Source: an uncultured Clostridia bacterium
GTDB lineage: Bacteria > Bacillota > Clostridia > Christensenellales > UBA1242
Direction of reading: 5' to 3'
DNA: 62,971 nucleotides
Assembly: GCA_944348085.1 (NCBI GenBank)
Contig: CALVMU010000004.1
Coordinates: 1 to 62,971, forward strand
Both the position numbers and the translations under genes were made by a program. The notes below the pieces were generated by a model. That model saw nothing but the letters and a program-made list of their open reading frames with translations. It was not told the DNA's origin and did not search any database. Of the stretch, positions 17,142-29,765 are shown one piece after another (positions within the stretch are counted from its first letter, which is position 1; each line of letters begins with the position of its first letter).

Positions 17142-18263
17142 TTAGTGGCAATGTCCGTCGCAATCGCCACCACAATCACAATCTACAAGTTCAATATATT
17201 TGTCAAGGTTTTGCACTTTATAGAAGTTTTCACACATCTTATCGGTTGTTGTATAGCCAGGTTCTGCGCAAAGAAGCTCGGTAATTCTGTTGATAACAGT
17301 TGCGCAAGTCAGTTCAACTGTGCTTGGTCTTTCAATCACAACGCGAGTGCTTGGCTCACCTTCAATTGTCCAGTCATTGCAGTCAAATTCATCTTTGTCA
17401 TAAACCTTGCCTATGCACTGACTTTCAATAACAATACCTTCTTTGGTCGTGGTTGTAACGACAGCGCTCATTCCTGTGCAGTCACCTTTTTTTATTGTCA
17501 TGCCAAGAGTTGAGCTTTTGATGTCGCGTTTTGCAATTTGAGGAATACATTTTTGTGTTTGTCCTGTCACATGCAGTCCAAGTTTAGAGCAGAGCCAGCC
17601 GTTTACATTCCACATATATGAAGGAGAGAATTTGCCAGCATTGATAAGTTTCTTTCTTTCCTCATCTGAAATGTTGTCATTTGATGCAACTTCTTTTTCA
17701 AATTCTTTCAGCGTGAGTCCTGCGCCATGCACTCTTGCAAGAGAAATGCCATAGTCTTCCACATTATAGCTTGATTTGCCTTTGATTTTTGTGATTTTAT
17801 GTGTTGCACCAGCAAGCACAGAAATCAGATTGCCCCAGAAAACATCTTGATAGCCACTTCCGCAAATTGTGCAGCCACTTTCTTTTGCAAGTTTGTCAAG
17901 CTTTTTGGCAAGCTTTGGATTTGAGTTTTGAGCGTAGAAAGCCTCTTCGCAAGTAGAAATTGCATTCACGCCGTTTTTAGCACAAATTTCGTAAGCAGGG
18001 TAGTTTTCTGCAAATATGCTTGTTGTTGTGATAACCGCAACATCAACTTCATGACTTTGCAAAAATTTTTCAAAATCTTCAGCCTTTTGGACTTTTACAT
18101 TGCGCTTTTTTGAGTCGCCGATAATTTCAGAAATGTCCTTTCCAACAAGATCTGGATTGATGTCAAATGCACCGATAATTTTGATGCCTTTTTCTTCTGC
18201 ATAACGCATGGTGTAGGCGCTCATTTTGCCGCAACCATATTGAACCATTGTGATTTTTCTCAT
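17142..18263 (-). CDS. NAD(P)-binding DapB-N-like oxidoreductase (amine-dehydrogenase / 2,4-diaminopentanoate-dehydrogenase-like family) with Cys/Asp/His-rich tail
   Basis: Start MRKITMVQYGCGKM after GGAGGT. Rossmann-type N-terminus. The C-terminus ends VDCDCGGDCDGHCH. Confidence 0.45.
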   Translation of the reverse strand: MRKITMVQYGCGKMSAYTMRYAEEKGIKIIGAFDINPDLVGKDISEIIGDSKKRNVKVQKAEDFEKFLQSHEVDVAVITTTSIFAENYPAYEICAKNGVNAISTCEEAFYAQNSNPKLAKKLDKLAKESGCTICGSGYQDVFWGNLISVLAGATHKITKIKGKSSYNVEDYGISLARVHGAGLTLKEFEKEVASNDNISDEERKKLINAGKFSPSYMWNVNGWLCSKLGLHVTGQTQKCIPQIAKRDIKSSTLGMTIKKGDCTGMSAVVTTTTKEGIVIESQCIGKVYDKDEFDCNDWTIEGEPSTRVVIERPSTVELTCATVINRITELLCAEPGYTTTDKMCENFYKVQNLDKYIELVDCDCGGDCDGHCH

Positions 18264-18426
18264 AAATTTTACCTCCATAAAAATTATAATTGACATTTAA
18301 AAATTTTCAAAACAATTTTATAGGTTTTTGCAAGAAAAACAAATTTAATACATAAAGCCTATATGCAATAAAATCTGAGATAATTTGGTTAATTTAACAA
18401 AAAAAAGCGCAAAAAAGCGCATTTTT

Positions 18427-20247
18427 TTAAGTTTTATCGTCATTTTTATGAAAATATGAATAAATTTTGTAAGCAATTGGTTTATTTATGCCTTTCACAC
18501 TTTCGATTTCTTCTTGTGAGGCTTGACTGATTTTTTCAGTGCTTCCAAAGATTTTAAGCAAAAGGTCGCGAGTTTTTGGACCAACTCCAGCAATTTCGTC
18601 TAGCTCGCTTTTAGTTTGCTCTTTTGTTCTAAGTTGTCTGTGGAAGGTTATTGCAAAGCGGTGAGCCTCATCTCTTATTCGTTGCAAAAGTCGAAGCTCA
18701 ACTGAGCCTGGCTTAAGAAGAATTGGCGAACTTGAATTTGGCACAAACACCTCTTCAATTCGTTTTGCAAGCGAGATGATGTCGATGTCAAAGTCATATT
18801 TATCCAAAATTTCTTTGGTTGAAGAAAGTTGACCTTTGCCACCGTCGATAACTATCAGGTCAGGCATTTCTTTAAAACTTTCAAGCTTGCCTTCCTTCAG
18901 TCGTTCCAGTCGTCTGCCGAGAGCCTCTTGAAGAGATGCAAAGTCGTTGGAGCCCTTGACTGTTTTGATTTTAAATTTGCGATAATCCTTTTTGCTTGCC
19001 TCGCCGTTTTTGAAAACAACCATTGAGCAAACCTTGTTTGTTCCGCTTATGTTTGAAATGTCATAGCATTCCATTCTCATCGGCGTGTTTTTCAGAGCTA
19101 ATTTTTCTTTGAGTGATTTGACAGCGCCAAGAGTGTTGTTGTATTTCAATCGTTCTTTTTCAATGTGTTTGTCAAGATAGTCTTCAGCATTCTCGTCTGC
19201 CATTTCAAGCAGGCGTTTGTTTATTCCATGCGGATTGTCAATAAAATTGATTTTTTTGCCAAGAAAGTTTTGCAGAAGCTCTTGGTCTGGCACTTTATGA
19301 GAGGTGATGATTTCCGCTGCGGGCATCACATTTTGATAGTATTGTGTTAAAAAATTAAACAGCGTTTGTCCTTCTTCAAGCTCAGCGTCGAGGCAAGGAT
19401 AGTTGATGACGCCAAGAATTTTTCCACCTCTGACAATCATTGCGCAAATCACTCCACTCAGACCATTGAAATGATAGGCAAAAACATCTTTGTCAACATT
19501 TTTTGGAAGGTTTGCAACAACTCTTTTCTTAAGTTTGTCAATCATTTTAAGTCGTTCACGCAAAACAATTGCCTGTTCAAAGTTTTCGTTATCTGAGGCA
19601 TTTTTCATTTTTTCAGTCAAAATTTTTTCAATTTCATCGTCATTTCCGTTCAAAAAATTGATAACATTGTCAATTTCTTTGCGATAGTCTTCTTTTGAAA
19701 TCTTTTTTGTGCAAGGCGCCGAGCAAAGCCCCATCGAATAGTTTAAACATTCGCGTTTTGCCATTGAATCATCTGTGATTTTTAAAGTGCAAGAGCGGAT
19801 TTTGAAAGCGCTGTTGATTGTTTTGACAATTTCTCTTGCGTCAAGGCCGGCAAAGTATGGTCCAAAATACTTCGCGCCATCTTTTTTGACTTTGCGCACA
19901 ATTTCAAGACGAGGGTAGGGCATTTTTAAATCAATTTTGATATATGGAAATTGTTTGCCGTCTTTCAAGAGGATGTTATAAAATGGTTGATATTTTTTGA
20001 TTAGGTTGCTTTCAAGTGCAAGCGCATCCATTTCGCTTGCTGCGATAAAATATTCAAAATCGTCAACATTGTCCACCATGGCTTGAACTTTGCTTGGCTT
20101 TGGTGAATTGCGAAAATATTGACTGACTCTGTTTTTAAGATTTTTTGCTTTTCCAACATATATGACAACGCCGTCTATGTCCCTCATGACATAAACGCCT
20201 GGTTTTGTGGTCAAAAGTTTAAGTTTTTCCCTGATTTTACTGTTCAT
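18427..20247 (-). CDS. uvrC: Excinuclease ABC subunit C
   Basis: 606 aa with a GIY-YIG N-terminus (PGVYVMRD...IYVGKAKNLKNRVSQYF), a UVR domain and a C-terminal HhH. Confidence 0.92.
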   Translation of the reverse strand: MNSKIREKLKLLTTKPGVYVMRDIDGVVIYVGKAKNLKNRVSQYFRNSPKPSKVQAMVDNVDDFEYFIAASEMDALALESNLIKKYQPFYNILLKDGKQFPYIKIDLKMPYPRLEIVRKVKKDGAKYFGPYFAGLDAREIVKTINSAFKIRSCTLKITDDSMAKRECLNYSMGLCSAPCTKKISKEDYRKEIDNVINFLNGNDDEIEKILTEKMKNASDNENFEQAIVLRERLKMIDKLKKRVVANLPKNVDKDVFAYHFNGLSGVICAMIVRGGKILGVINYPCLDAELEEGQTLFNFLTQYYQNVMPAAEIITSHKVPDQELLQNFLGKKINFIDNPHGINKRLLEMADENAEDYLDKHIEKERLKYNNTLGAVKSLKEKLALKNTPMRMECYDISNISGTNKVCSMVVFKNGEASKKDYRKFKIKTVKGSNDFASLQEALGRRLERLKEGKLESFKEMPDLIVIDGGKGQLSSTKEILDKYDFDIDIISLAKRIEEVFVPNSSSPILLKPGSVELRLLQRIRDEAHRFAITFHRQLRTKEQTKSELDEIAGVGPKTRDLLLKIFGSTEKISQASQEEIESVKGINKPIAYKIYSYFHKNDDKT

Positions 20248-20279
20248 GCTTTTATTATAGTCATTTTTGATTTAAAATC

Positions 20280-20309
20280 AAACAAAAAATGGCGAGCAAA
20301 ATCGCCATT
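20280..20309 (-). terminator. Rho-independent terminator downstream of hisS
   Basis: Minus-sense AATGGCGA-ttttgc-TCGCCATT followed by TTTTTGTTT. Confidence 0.65.
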
Positions 20310-20320
20310 ATTATAGTTTC

Positions 20321-21640
20321 TTAATCTAAGTTTGAAACAATCTTCTTCAAACAATCTTCTTTTGAGAGAGTGAATTGTTCGGAATTTTTCATATCTTTGA
20401 GGGCATAAATTTTGGAAGCAACTTCATTTTCACCAACAATCAACACGAAAGGTATTTCTTGTTTGCCAGCATCTTTCATTTTTGCCTTGAAAGACCGATT
20501 TTCATAAGCGACATCGCAAGGCAGATGTTTTGCAAAGTATTCTTGAAGTGAAAGGCATTCAAGAAGTGTGTTTCCAAGTGGAATAATTTGTAAAACAACA
20601 TTTGACTGTGGCACATTTTCAAGCATGTTATTTTGCAAAAGCAGGTCAAACAGTCTTGTAAAACCAATGCTGAGTCCAACGCCTGGGAAATTTTTCTCTG
20701 AGAAATATGAAGCAAGATTGTCATATCTTCCGCCACCACAAACAGTGCCAAACTCGCGGTGATTTGGCATAACAGCCTCAAAAACCGTGCCAGTGTAGTA
20801 GTCTTGTCCGCGAATTATTGAAAGATTAAGCTCTATTTTTTCCTCATTTATTTGCATAGCTTTAAGGTAAGAATAAACTTCTTTCAGCTCTCTTATGCCC
20901 TTTAAAAAGGTTTCATTTTGAGATAATTGCTCAGTTTCAGCCAAAATTTTATCAAAATTGCCTCTTTTTTCAATAATTTTGAGCAAAGAGTCAATATCTT
21001 TTTCTTTGACAGCAATTTTTGCAAGCTCTTCTCTTGCGTTATCTTTTCCAATTTTGTTTATTTTGTCCAAAATGGTCAAGATTTGTTTTTCGATTTCGCC
21101 ATAACCAAGCCCTTCAATAAATCCAAACAAAATGTTTCGGTTTGAAATTTGATTGACAATTTCAAGATTTAAAGCTTCAAAAACCTCATCAACCATTTTC
21201 AAACATTCAGCATCCGCCACAAGTGAAAGCTCGCCGTTGCCAATAATGTCGGCATCGCATTGCACAAACTCTCTGAAGCGACCTTTTTGCGCGCGCTCTC
21301 CTCGATAAACCTTTCCAACTTGATAGCGCTTGAAAGGGTAGTGCAGTGTTTCGCTGTGCATTGCAACAAATCTTGCAAGAGGCACTGTCAGGTCATATCT
21401 CATGCAAATGTCGGTGTCGCCTTTGTTAAACCGATAGACCTCTTTGTCAATTTCTCCGCCTGACTTTGCAAGCAAAATTTCACTGAGCTCAAGCACAGGT
21501 GTGTCAAGTGGCATAAAACCGTGTCGAAGATAAACCTTTTTCACTTTATCTATCATTTGGTCGAAAATAAGTTGCTCTTTTGGCTCAAGCTCCATAAAGC
21601 CTGACAATTTTCGAGGTTTTATTATGTTTTGTTTGTTCAT
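20321..21640 (-). CDS. hisS: Histidine--tRNA ligase (class II)
   Basis: 439 aa with YRFNKGDTDICMRYDLTVPLARF, the motif-2-like FREFVQCDADIIG, and the motif-3 GGGRYDNL. Confidence 0.85.
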   Translation of the reverse strand: MNKQNIIKPRKLSGFMELEPKEQLIFDQMIDKVKKVYLRHGFMPLDTPVLELSEILLAKSGGEIDKEVYRFNKGDTDICMRYDLTVPLARFVAMHSETLHYPFKRYQVGKVYRGERAQKGRFREFVQCDADIIGNGELSLVADAECLKMVDEVFEALNLEIVNQISNRNILFGFIEGLGYGEIEKQILTILDKINKIGKDNAREELAKIAVKEKDIDSLLKIIEKRGNFDKILAETEQLSQNETFLKGIRELKEVYSYLKAMQINEEKIELNLSIIRGQDYYTGTVFEAVMPNHREFGTVCGGGRYDNLASYFSEKNFPGVGLSIGFTRLFDLLLQNNMLENVPQSNVVLQIIPLGNTLLECLSLQEYFAKHLPCDVAYENRSFKAKMKDAGKQEIPFVLIVGENEVASKIYALKDMKNSEQFTLSKEDCLKKIVSNLD

Positions 21641-21878
21641 TTTTTGCTTTTCCTTTCATTAATAATATTATCTGAGGCCGAACTTGCTTGCAAGGGTGAG
21701 GCTGATGATAATACACACTAAGTGATGAGTATGCAAAGCATACAAATTCGTTAGAATTTAAAAAATTTTATGTTAATAAAATTTTTCATCACATAGTTTA
21801 TATTAAGGCAATTGCCTTAAAGCCCTTCATTTATATTTAGCAGAATATATGCTATCTTGTCAAGCAATTAAAGATGTT

Positions 21879-22022
21879 TTATCCCCAGAAAGTTATCCAC
21901 ATTTCCACAAATAAATAATTATACAAAACCGCTTATTTTTATGCATTTTGTAAAAATTTGTGGATTTTATGGTGGTTTTTTGGCAAGTTATCCACATTTC
22001 CACACCTTTTTTGTGTGGATTC
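21879..22022. promoter_or_regulatory. Cluster of DnaA-box-like sequences
   Basis: Two perfect TTATCCACA boxes (21893-21901, 21988-21996), each within the identical 18-mer AGTTATCCACATTTCCAC. Additional 1-2-mismatch boxes at 21879-21887, 21959-21967 (reverse) and 22014-22022 (reverse). Confidence 0.45.
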
Positions 22023-22176
22023 TTTGTTTTTTTATGATTTTTGTTGATTTGAAACTCTTTTAAAATGCTTTGACAAGCTTTTTCTTTTAAACTATTTTTC
22101 AAAACTTTTTAAAATAGTTTCAAAATGTTTCCTGCAAGCAAAATTTTTCGGTTTTTTATACAGCTAAAATTTATAA

Positions 22177-24231
22177 TTATTCTTTTTCTTGAATGGCATT
22201 TTTCAAATATTTTGAAGGCTGGTTTTGGCAGGTGAAATAGAGTTTATGGAGTGCTCTTGTTGAAGAGATGTATAAAATGTTTTTGTCAAGGCTGTTTTTA
22301 TAGTTTTCTTCATCTGCATTTGGCACGATGACTGCATCAAATTCAATACCTTTGGCAGTGGCGCAGGTTGTGACAAGAACTTTGTTTTTATAGTCTTCAG
22401 GCTCTTTCATAAGCACATAGTCGATTTTGCCATTGAGTTGTTTGCAGATTTCCTTTGCCTCTTTATTGCATTTGCAAATGATTGCAATGTGGTCAAAGTC
22501 TGAGCATTCTTCTGTTATAATCTTTGCAATTGTCTGACCTTGATTTTCTGTTTGAATGACTTTTGGACTTTGTCCGCGTCTGTTGACATATTCAACATTT
22601 TTGATTCCAATCATATTGTTTGCAAAAGATGCAATCTCTTGAGTGGAGCGGTAGGTCTTGTTTAGGTTGTAAACATTGCATCCTAAAAAGTCGGCAGTCA
22701 GCTGCAAATATTCTTTTGAAAGTGTTTTTTCAATGCACTGGTTGACATCGCCCACAATCATATAAGGGCAAGACCATATCTTTTTGAACATATAAATGTC
22801 AACAGGAGTGAAATCTTGCATTTCGTCAATGATAAGATATTTTGCTGAAAAATCGTGGTCAAGGCCATAAAGATAGTGCTTGATTGCAAGGTAAGTGCCT
22901 TTGTCCATATATTTTATGGTGTTAGTCTTTTTAGCAGAAAGTTTTTCTCTTGCCATAAAGATTTGAAAAATTTGTTCAACATCGCTTATCGGCATAAAAG
23001 AATACAAAATATGCTTGAATCTGTCTTTTAATCCGCGGTGTTGCATTTTGTTATAATGTCGTTTTTCGGTGAAAACCATTGCATATTGCCAAGCAATTTT
23101 GTTTATTCGCTCATAAAAATCATAGCCCTTGAAAGTTTTAAAGAACAAGTTTCTAGTCTCTTCTTCGGTAAACACAATCTCTTCGTTTCCTTCATCTTTT
23201 TCCTTGATGACATAGCGAAGGGTTTTTGGTGAGAAGATGTCGGTCAGAGGGCCTTTTAAAAAGCGCAACAGACTGTCAAGAAATTCGTAGGAAGATTTAT
23301 ATGAAATTTCGTTAAGCGTCTCTTGGTCGGCTTTTGTGGCAATTTCATCGAGCATATCTTCACGAGGCTCAATTGGGCGCTTAAGCTCAGTTCTAACAAG
23401 TTGAGCAAAGGTGGTTTCAACGAGGTTATCTTCGCCAAGTTGTGGCAAAACTTCGCTGATATAGCTTGAGAAAATGTTGTTTGGAGACAAAACCAAGATG
23501 TCACTGCTTTTTAGGCTTCTTCTGTGTTTATACAAAAGGTAGGCAGCTTTATGCAGCGCAATTGAAGTTTTGCCAGAGCCAGCCACGCCTTGAACAAGAA
23601 TGTTTTCGGTTTTTTCAGTTCTTATGATTGCATTTTGCTCTTTTTGAATGGTCGAAACAATTTGCCTCATTTTATCGGAGGCATGTTTTGACAAAATTTC
23701 TTGCAAAATTTCGTCATTTATCGTTAAATTTGTGTCAAAATACGATAAAAGTTGTTGATTTTCAATTTTATATTGTCTTTTCAGCGTCAATGCGCCCTTT
23801 ATCACTTTGTCATTTATGTGATACTGGGCATCGCCAAGTTCATATTCATAATAGAGAGATGCGATTGGGCTTCGCCAGTCCACAGCATAAACTTTTTTGT
23901 TGTAGATGATTGAGCCAAGTCCAATATAGACTTTTTGCAGGGCGGAAGAGGTTTGAAAATCAATCCTTGCAAAATATGGGCTGTTGTTTTGATTTCTAAG
24001 TTTAGAAATTTCCTTTTCTAGCCCCAGCTGTTGTTCTTCAATTTGAGACATTGAGGTGAAGGTTCCTGACAAGTCCTGTCCTTGTTTGTATTCATAGAAG
24101 TTGTTGCCAAGCTCCAGCCTCTTTTCTTCAAAAAGTCGTTTAAGGTCAGCAAGTTCAATCTGTGCCTTTTCAATCTTTTTGTTGATAACCTTTATTGTTG
24201 CTGACAAATGATTTAGTTCAAATTCTTCCAT
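22177..24231 (-). CDS. helD: UvrD-like superfamily-1 helicase, HelD-like (helicase IV type)
   Basis: 684 aa with an N-terminal coiled coil, Walker A GVAGSGKTSIALHKAAY, DEMQDF, and the C-terminal UvrD_C-like AKGIEFDAVIV...YISSTRALHKLY. Confidence 0.65.
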   Translation of the reverse strand: MEEFELNHLSATIKVINKKIEKAQIELADLKRLFEEKRLELGNNFYEYKQGQDLSGTFTSMSQIEEQQLGLEKEISKLRNQNNSPYFARIDFQTSSALQKVYIGLGSIIYNKKVYAVDWRSPIASLYYEYELGDAQYHINDKVIKGALTLKRQYKIENQQLLSYFDTNLTINDEILQEILSKHASDKMRQIVSTIQKEQNAIIRTEKTENILVQGVAGSGKTSIALHKAAYLLYKHRRSLKSSDILVLSPNNIFSSYISEVLPQLGEDNLVETTFAQLVRTELKRPIEPREDMLDEIATKADQETLNEISYKSSYEFLDSLLRFLKGPLTDIFSPKTLRYVIKEKDEGNEEIVFTEEETRNLFFKTFKGYDFYERINKIAWQYAMVFTEKRHYNKMQHRGLKDRFKHILYSFMPISDVEQIFQIFMAREKLSAKKTNTIKYMDKGTYLAIKHYLYGLDHDFSAKYLIIDEMQDFTPVDIYMFKKIWSCPYMIVGDVNQCIEKTLSKEYLQLTADFLGCNVYNLNKTYRSTQEIASFANNMIGIKNVEYVNRRGQSPKVIQTENQGQTIAKIITEECSDFDHIAIICKCNKEAKEICKQLNGKIDYVLMKEPEDYKNKVLVTTCATAKGIEFDAVIVPNADEENYKNSLDKNILYISSTRALHKLYFTCQNQPSKYLKNAIQEKE

Positions 24232-24247
24232 ATTCCCTCCTTAGCCT

Positions 24248-26824
24248 TTATTCTTCTTCTGTTTGCACCTCTGAGCTTTCGGTTTCAATTAACATTTCTT
24301 CGCTTGGAGTGCTGTCATTTTCTTCTTCATTCAAAGTTTCGGCATTTTCTTCTTGTGGCGCGCCGTTATCACTTTCCTTTGCGGTGAGTGCAACGCCAAC
24401 AATCTTAGTGTCTCCTTTAAGGCGCATAAGTCTTACGCCTTGACTTACTCTTGAGAGTGAACTGATTTGGTCAATAGCAGTTCGTATAATCACGCCATTG
24501 TCGGCAATAAGCAAGATGTCTTCATCTTCTACAGATTGTCTTAGTGCAACAAGTTTGCCTGTTTTTTCGTTGAAAATGCCAGCTTTAACGCCTTTTCCGC
24601 CACGAGATTGCAGACGATATTCGTCAACATCAGAGCGCTTTCCATAACCATTTTCTGAAATTGTGATAATTTGAGAGCCTGGTTTTATGATTGCCATGTC
24701 AACAATATAGTCGTCGTTTCCAAGTTTCAAGCTTCTCACGCCTTGGCTGTCTCTGCCAACCGCACGAACATCTTTTTCACTAAATCTGATTGCTTTTCCT
24801 TCATGTGAAGCAACCAAAATGTCGTCTTCGCCGTTTGAAACTTCAACTCCGATAAGCTCGTCGTCATCGACAAGTTTGATTGCAATCTTTCCAACTTTGC
24901 GGATGGATGAAAACTCTTCAAGCTTGGTCTTTTTGATAAGCCCGCTTTTTGTTCCCATAATAAGATAGCCATTTGCATCTTTGTTGCGAGGAATGATTGT
25001 TGTAACCTTTTCGCCTTCACTAAGCATCAACAGATTTATCATTGCTCGGCCTTTTGCCGTTCTTTGCGCTTCAGGCACTTCATAGGCAAACAAAGAATAA
25101 ACTTTGCCTTTGTTTGTAAAGAACAAAAGCTCGTCATGAGAGGATGTTGCAAAGATGTCTTTTACAAAGTCTTCATCCTTTGTCTTGTGAGCGGTCACGC
25201 CCACGCCACCGCGTTTTTGAGATTTATATTCGCTTGCGCTCATTCTCTTGATATAGCCTTGGTTTGTCATTGAAATGACAACATCTTCTTCAGGAATAAG
25301 GTCGGCAATGTCAATTCCGCCTGCATCGAGGCTGATTTCAGTGCGTCTTTCATCGCCAAAATCATTTTTGATTTGTTCAAAATTGTCTCTCAGAATTTGA
25401 AGAATGCGGTTAGGATTTGCAAGAATGTCTTCAAGGTCTTTGATTGTTGCTTCAAGTGAGGCAAGTTCTTCATTTAACTTTTCAACTTCAAGTGAGGTGA
25501 GGCGAGAAAGCTTCATCTCAAGGATTGCATTTGCTTGAATTTCGTCAAGTTCAAAATTTTCAATAAGTTTTTCACAGGCGTCTTGCTTATCGTCAGAATT
25601 TTTGATAATTCTGATAACCTCATCAATGTTTGCAAGGGCGATAACAAGACCGCGAACAATATGTTCACGCTCGCGTGCTTTGTTAAGGTCAAATTGTGTT
25701 TTGCGTGCTAAAACTTCCTTTTGATGCTCAAGGTAGTAGTAGAGCATTTCTTTAAGGTTTAAAATGCGAGGCTGTCCATTGACAAGGGCAAGCATAATGA
25801 TGCCTGAGCCCTTTTGAAGTTGAGTGTTTTTGTAAAGTGAGTTCAAAACAACTTGAGCATTGGCATCTTTCTTTACATCAACAACAATTCTCATACCATG
25901 TCTGTCAGACTCTTCCTTGATGTCACTGATGCCTTCAAGGCGTTTGTTCTTGACCTGGTCAGCCATTTGAATGATAAATTGCGCTTTGTTGACTTGATAA
26001 GGAAGCTCTGTGATAACAATTCGGCTTCTTCCATTTAAAAGCTCTTCAATTTCGGCTTTACCACGAACGACAATTCCGCCTCTGCCTGTTTTGTATGCAT
26101 GTTTTACAGCAGTTCTGCCCATGATAATTCCGCCCGTTGGAAAATCAGGCGCTGGAATGTATTTGATAAGTTCGTCAATATCAATGTCAGGGTTGTCAAT
26201 CATGGCTTGCAAGCCATTCAAAACCTCTGTCAAGTTGTGTGGAGGAATGTTTGTCGCCATACCAACAGCAATACCGTCAGCGCCATTGATAAGCAAATTT
26301 GGTATTTTTGCTGGAAGAACAGAAGGTTGCATAAGGGTGTTGTCAAAGTTTGGATAGAAATTGACAGTTTCCTTGTCAATATCTTCAAGCATAAGAGATG
26401 CAATCTTTGAAAGTCTGGCTTCAGTGTAACGCGATGCAGCAGGTGGGTCGCCGTCAACAGAACCAAAGTTGCCTTGTCCGTCAACAAGAGGGTATCTTAT
26501 TGAAAAGTCTTGGGCAAGGCGCACCATTGCGTCGTAAACCGAGCTGTCGCCATGTGGGTGATATTTACCCATAACGTCACCCACAATACGTGCCGACTTT
26601 TTGGTTGGCTTGTCATAGAAGTTGTTCATTTCGCCCATTCCATACAAAATTCGACGATGAACAGGCTTCAGCCCATCTCGCACATCTGGAATGGCACGCG
26701 AAACATTGACAGCCATTGCATAGGAAATAAAACTATGCTTTAAGTTGTCAACCGTGTCAACTTTTTCTATTTTTGAATTTGCCAAAATCTCTTCCAAAGA
26801 TTTTTTGTTATCGTTTTTATCCAT
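24248..26824 (-). CDS. gyrA: DNA gyrase subunit A
   Basis: Start MDKNDN after [35 protein letters not shown], the active-site AASRYTE, an acidic C-tail, and gyrB-gyrA synteny. Confidence 0.95.
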   Translation of the reverse strand: MDKNDNKKSLEEILANSKIEKVDTVDNLKHSFISYAMAVNVSRAIPDVRDGLKPVHRRILYGMGEMNNFYDKPTKKSARIVGDVMGKYHPHGDSSVYDAMVRLAQDFSIRYPLVDGQGNFGSVDGDPPAASRYTEARLSKIASLMLEDIDKETVNFYPNFDNTLMQPSVLPAKIPNLLINGADGIAVGMATNIPPHNLTEVLNGLQAMIDNPDIDIDELIKYIPAPDFPTGGIIMGRTAVKHAYKTGRGGIVVRGKAEIEELLNGRSRIVITELPYQVNKAQFIIQMADQVKNKRLEGISDIKEESDRHGMRIVVDVKKDANAQVVLNSLYKNTQLQKGSGIIMLALVNGQPRILNLKEMLYYYLEHQKEVLARKTQFDLNKAREREHIVRGLVIALANIDEVIRIIKNSDDKQDACEKLIENFELDEIQANAILEMKLSRLTSLEVEKLNEELASLEATIKDLEDILANPNRILQILRDNFEQIKNDFGDERRTEISLDAGGIDIADLIPEEDVVISMTNQGYIKRMSASEYKSQKRGGVGVTAHKTKDEDFVKDIFATSSHDELLFFTNKGKVYSLFAYEVPEAQRTAKGRAMINLLMLSEGEKVTTIIPRNKDANGYLIMGTKSGLIKKTKLEEFSSIRKVGKIAIKLVDDDELIGVEVSNGEDDILVASHEGKAIRFSEKDVRAVGRDSQGVRSLKLGNDDYIVDMAIIKPGSQIITISENGYGKRSDVDEYRLQSRGGKGVKAGIFNEKTGKLVALRQSVEDEDILLIADNGVIIRTAIDQISSLSRVSQGVRLMRLKGDTKIVGVALTAKESDNGAPQEENAETLNEEENDSTPSEEMLIETESSEVQTEEE

Positions 26825-26860
26825 AATTCCTCCAAGCATCTGCTGATGCTTTAAAAATTT

Positions 26861-28930
<2,070 letters not shown>

Positions 28931-29037
28931 TTAAAACGATAAAACCCTCAAGAAAAACATTTTGTGCTAAAATTGGGCTAAAAAGTTTGGAAATATGGCG
29001 AAATTGTGATATATTTGTGCTATTGAAAGGAAAAATT

Positions 29038-29703
29038 ATGAAAAAAGAAGAAAATTTGGAGCAAATGGCAAAAACTGACGAAGTAAAAGTTGCAGACGAA
29101 AAGGCTTATCAGGCGAGCGAAAATGCTCAACAGAATGAAACTCTTGAAAAAGAGGTGAAGGAAAACAGAAAACAAGAATTTTTCAGATTTATCAAATTTC
29201 TTTTGTTTTCAATTTCTGCAGGTGTTATTCAGTTTGGAAGCTTCACTTTGATGACGGAGGCTTTTGGATGGGACAGCTTTTGGGGACCTCACATCATTTC
29301 AGTTGTCTTGTCAGTGATTTGGAATTTCACTTTCAATCGAAAATTTACTTTCAAATCGGCAAACAATGTGCCAATTGCAATGACGCTGGTGCTTGCCTAT
29401 TATGTTGTTTTCACGCCAGCTTCAGCTTTTGGAGGGCAGGCACTTGAAAACGCTGGCTGGAATGGGCTTCTTGTTGAGGCTCTTATGATGATAATCAACT
29501 TTGTCACCGAATTTTTTTATCAACGCTATATTGTTTTTCGCTCAAGCATCAACACAAACAGTTTGGCAAAAGCAAAGATCAACAAAGCACTTGAGCTGTT
29601 GCAAGAGGGTGGATTTGTAAAATCCAATTTGACTGCAAAAATGCAAAAGGCTGTTTTGCAGGAAAATACAATCGAAAAAATATATAAAAAGAAAGAAAAT
29701 TGA
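29038..29703 (+). CDS. GtrA-family membrane protein
   Basis: Start MKKEEN. FFRFIKFLLFSISAGVIQF...WNFTFNRKFTFKS is the GtrA signature. Confidence 0.7.
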   Translation: MKKEENLEQMAKTDEVKVADEKAYQASENAQQNETLEKEVKENRKQEFFRFIKFLLFSISAGVIQFGSFTLMTEAFGWDSFWGPHIISVVLSVIWNFTFNRKFTFKSANNVPIAMTLVLAYYVVFTPASAFGGQALENAGWNGLLVEALMMIINFVTEFFYQRYIVFRSSINTNSLAKAKINKALELLQEGGFVKSNLTAKMQKAVLQENTIEKIYKKKEN

Positions 29704-29765
29704 TGAATTTTCTTTTTTTAATAAAAACATTTTGAAAATTTGTCGTTTTTGGTTACAATATAACT

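Noticed and set aside
18400-18428. Terminator between uvrC and the oxidoreductase gene (AAGCGC-aaaaa-AGCGC)
   Set aside because: Only a 4-bp self-complementary GCGC pairing is possible, which is too weak to call.
21641-21880. T-box riboswitch leader upstream of hisS
   Set aside because: A promoter-like TTGACA-17-CTAAAT and some hairpins exist. However, the conserved T-box sequence (GGTGGTACCGCG-like), the stem I features and a terminator/antiterminator pair are all absent on the minus strand.
21879-22022. Calling this cluster the chromosomal oriC
   Set aside because: No dnaA or dnaN is adjacent. Flanking genes on both sides run in the same (minus) direction rather than diverging, and no clear AT-rich unwinding-repeat array was identified. 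It is kept only as a DnaA-box cluster.
21893-22102. 69-aa minus-strand ORF in the hisS-helD spacer
   Set aside because: It has no RBS, a Lys/Asn-rich AT-driven composition, and it overlaps the DnaA-box cluster. It is more likely non-coding.
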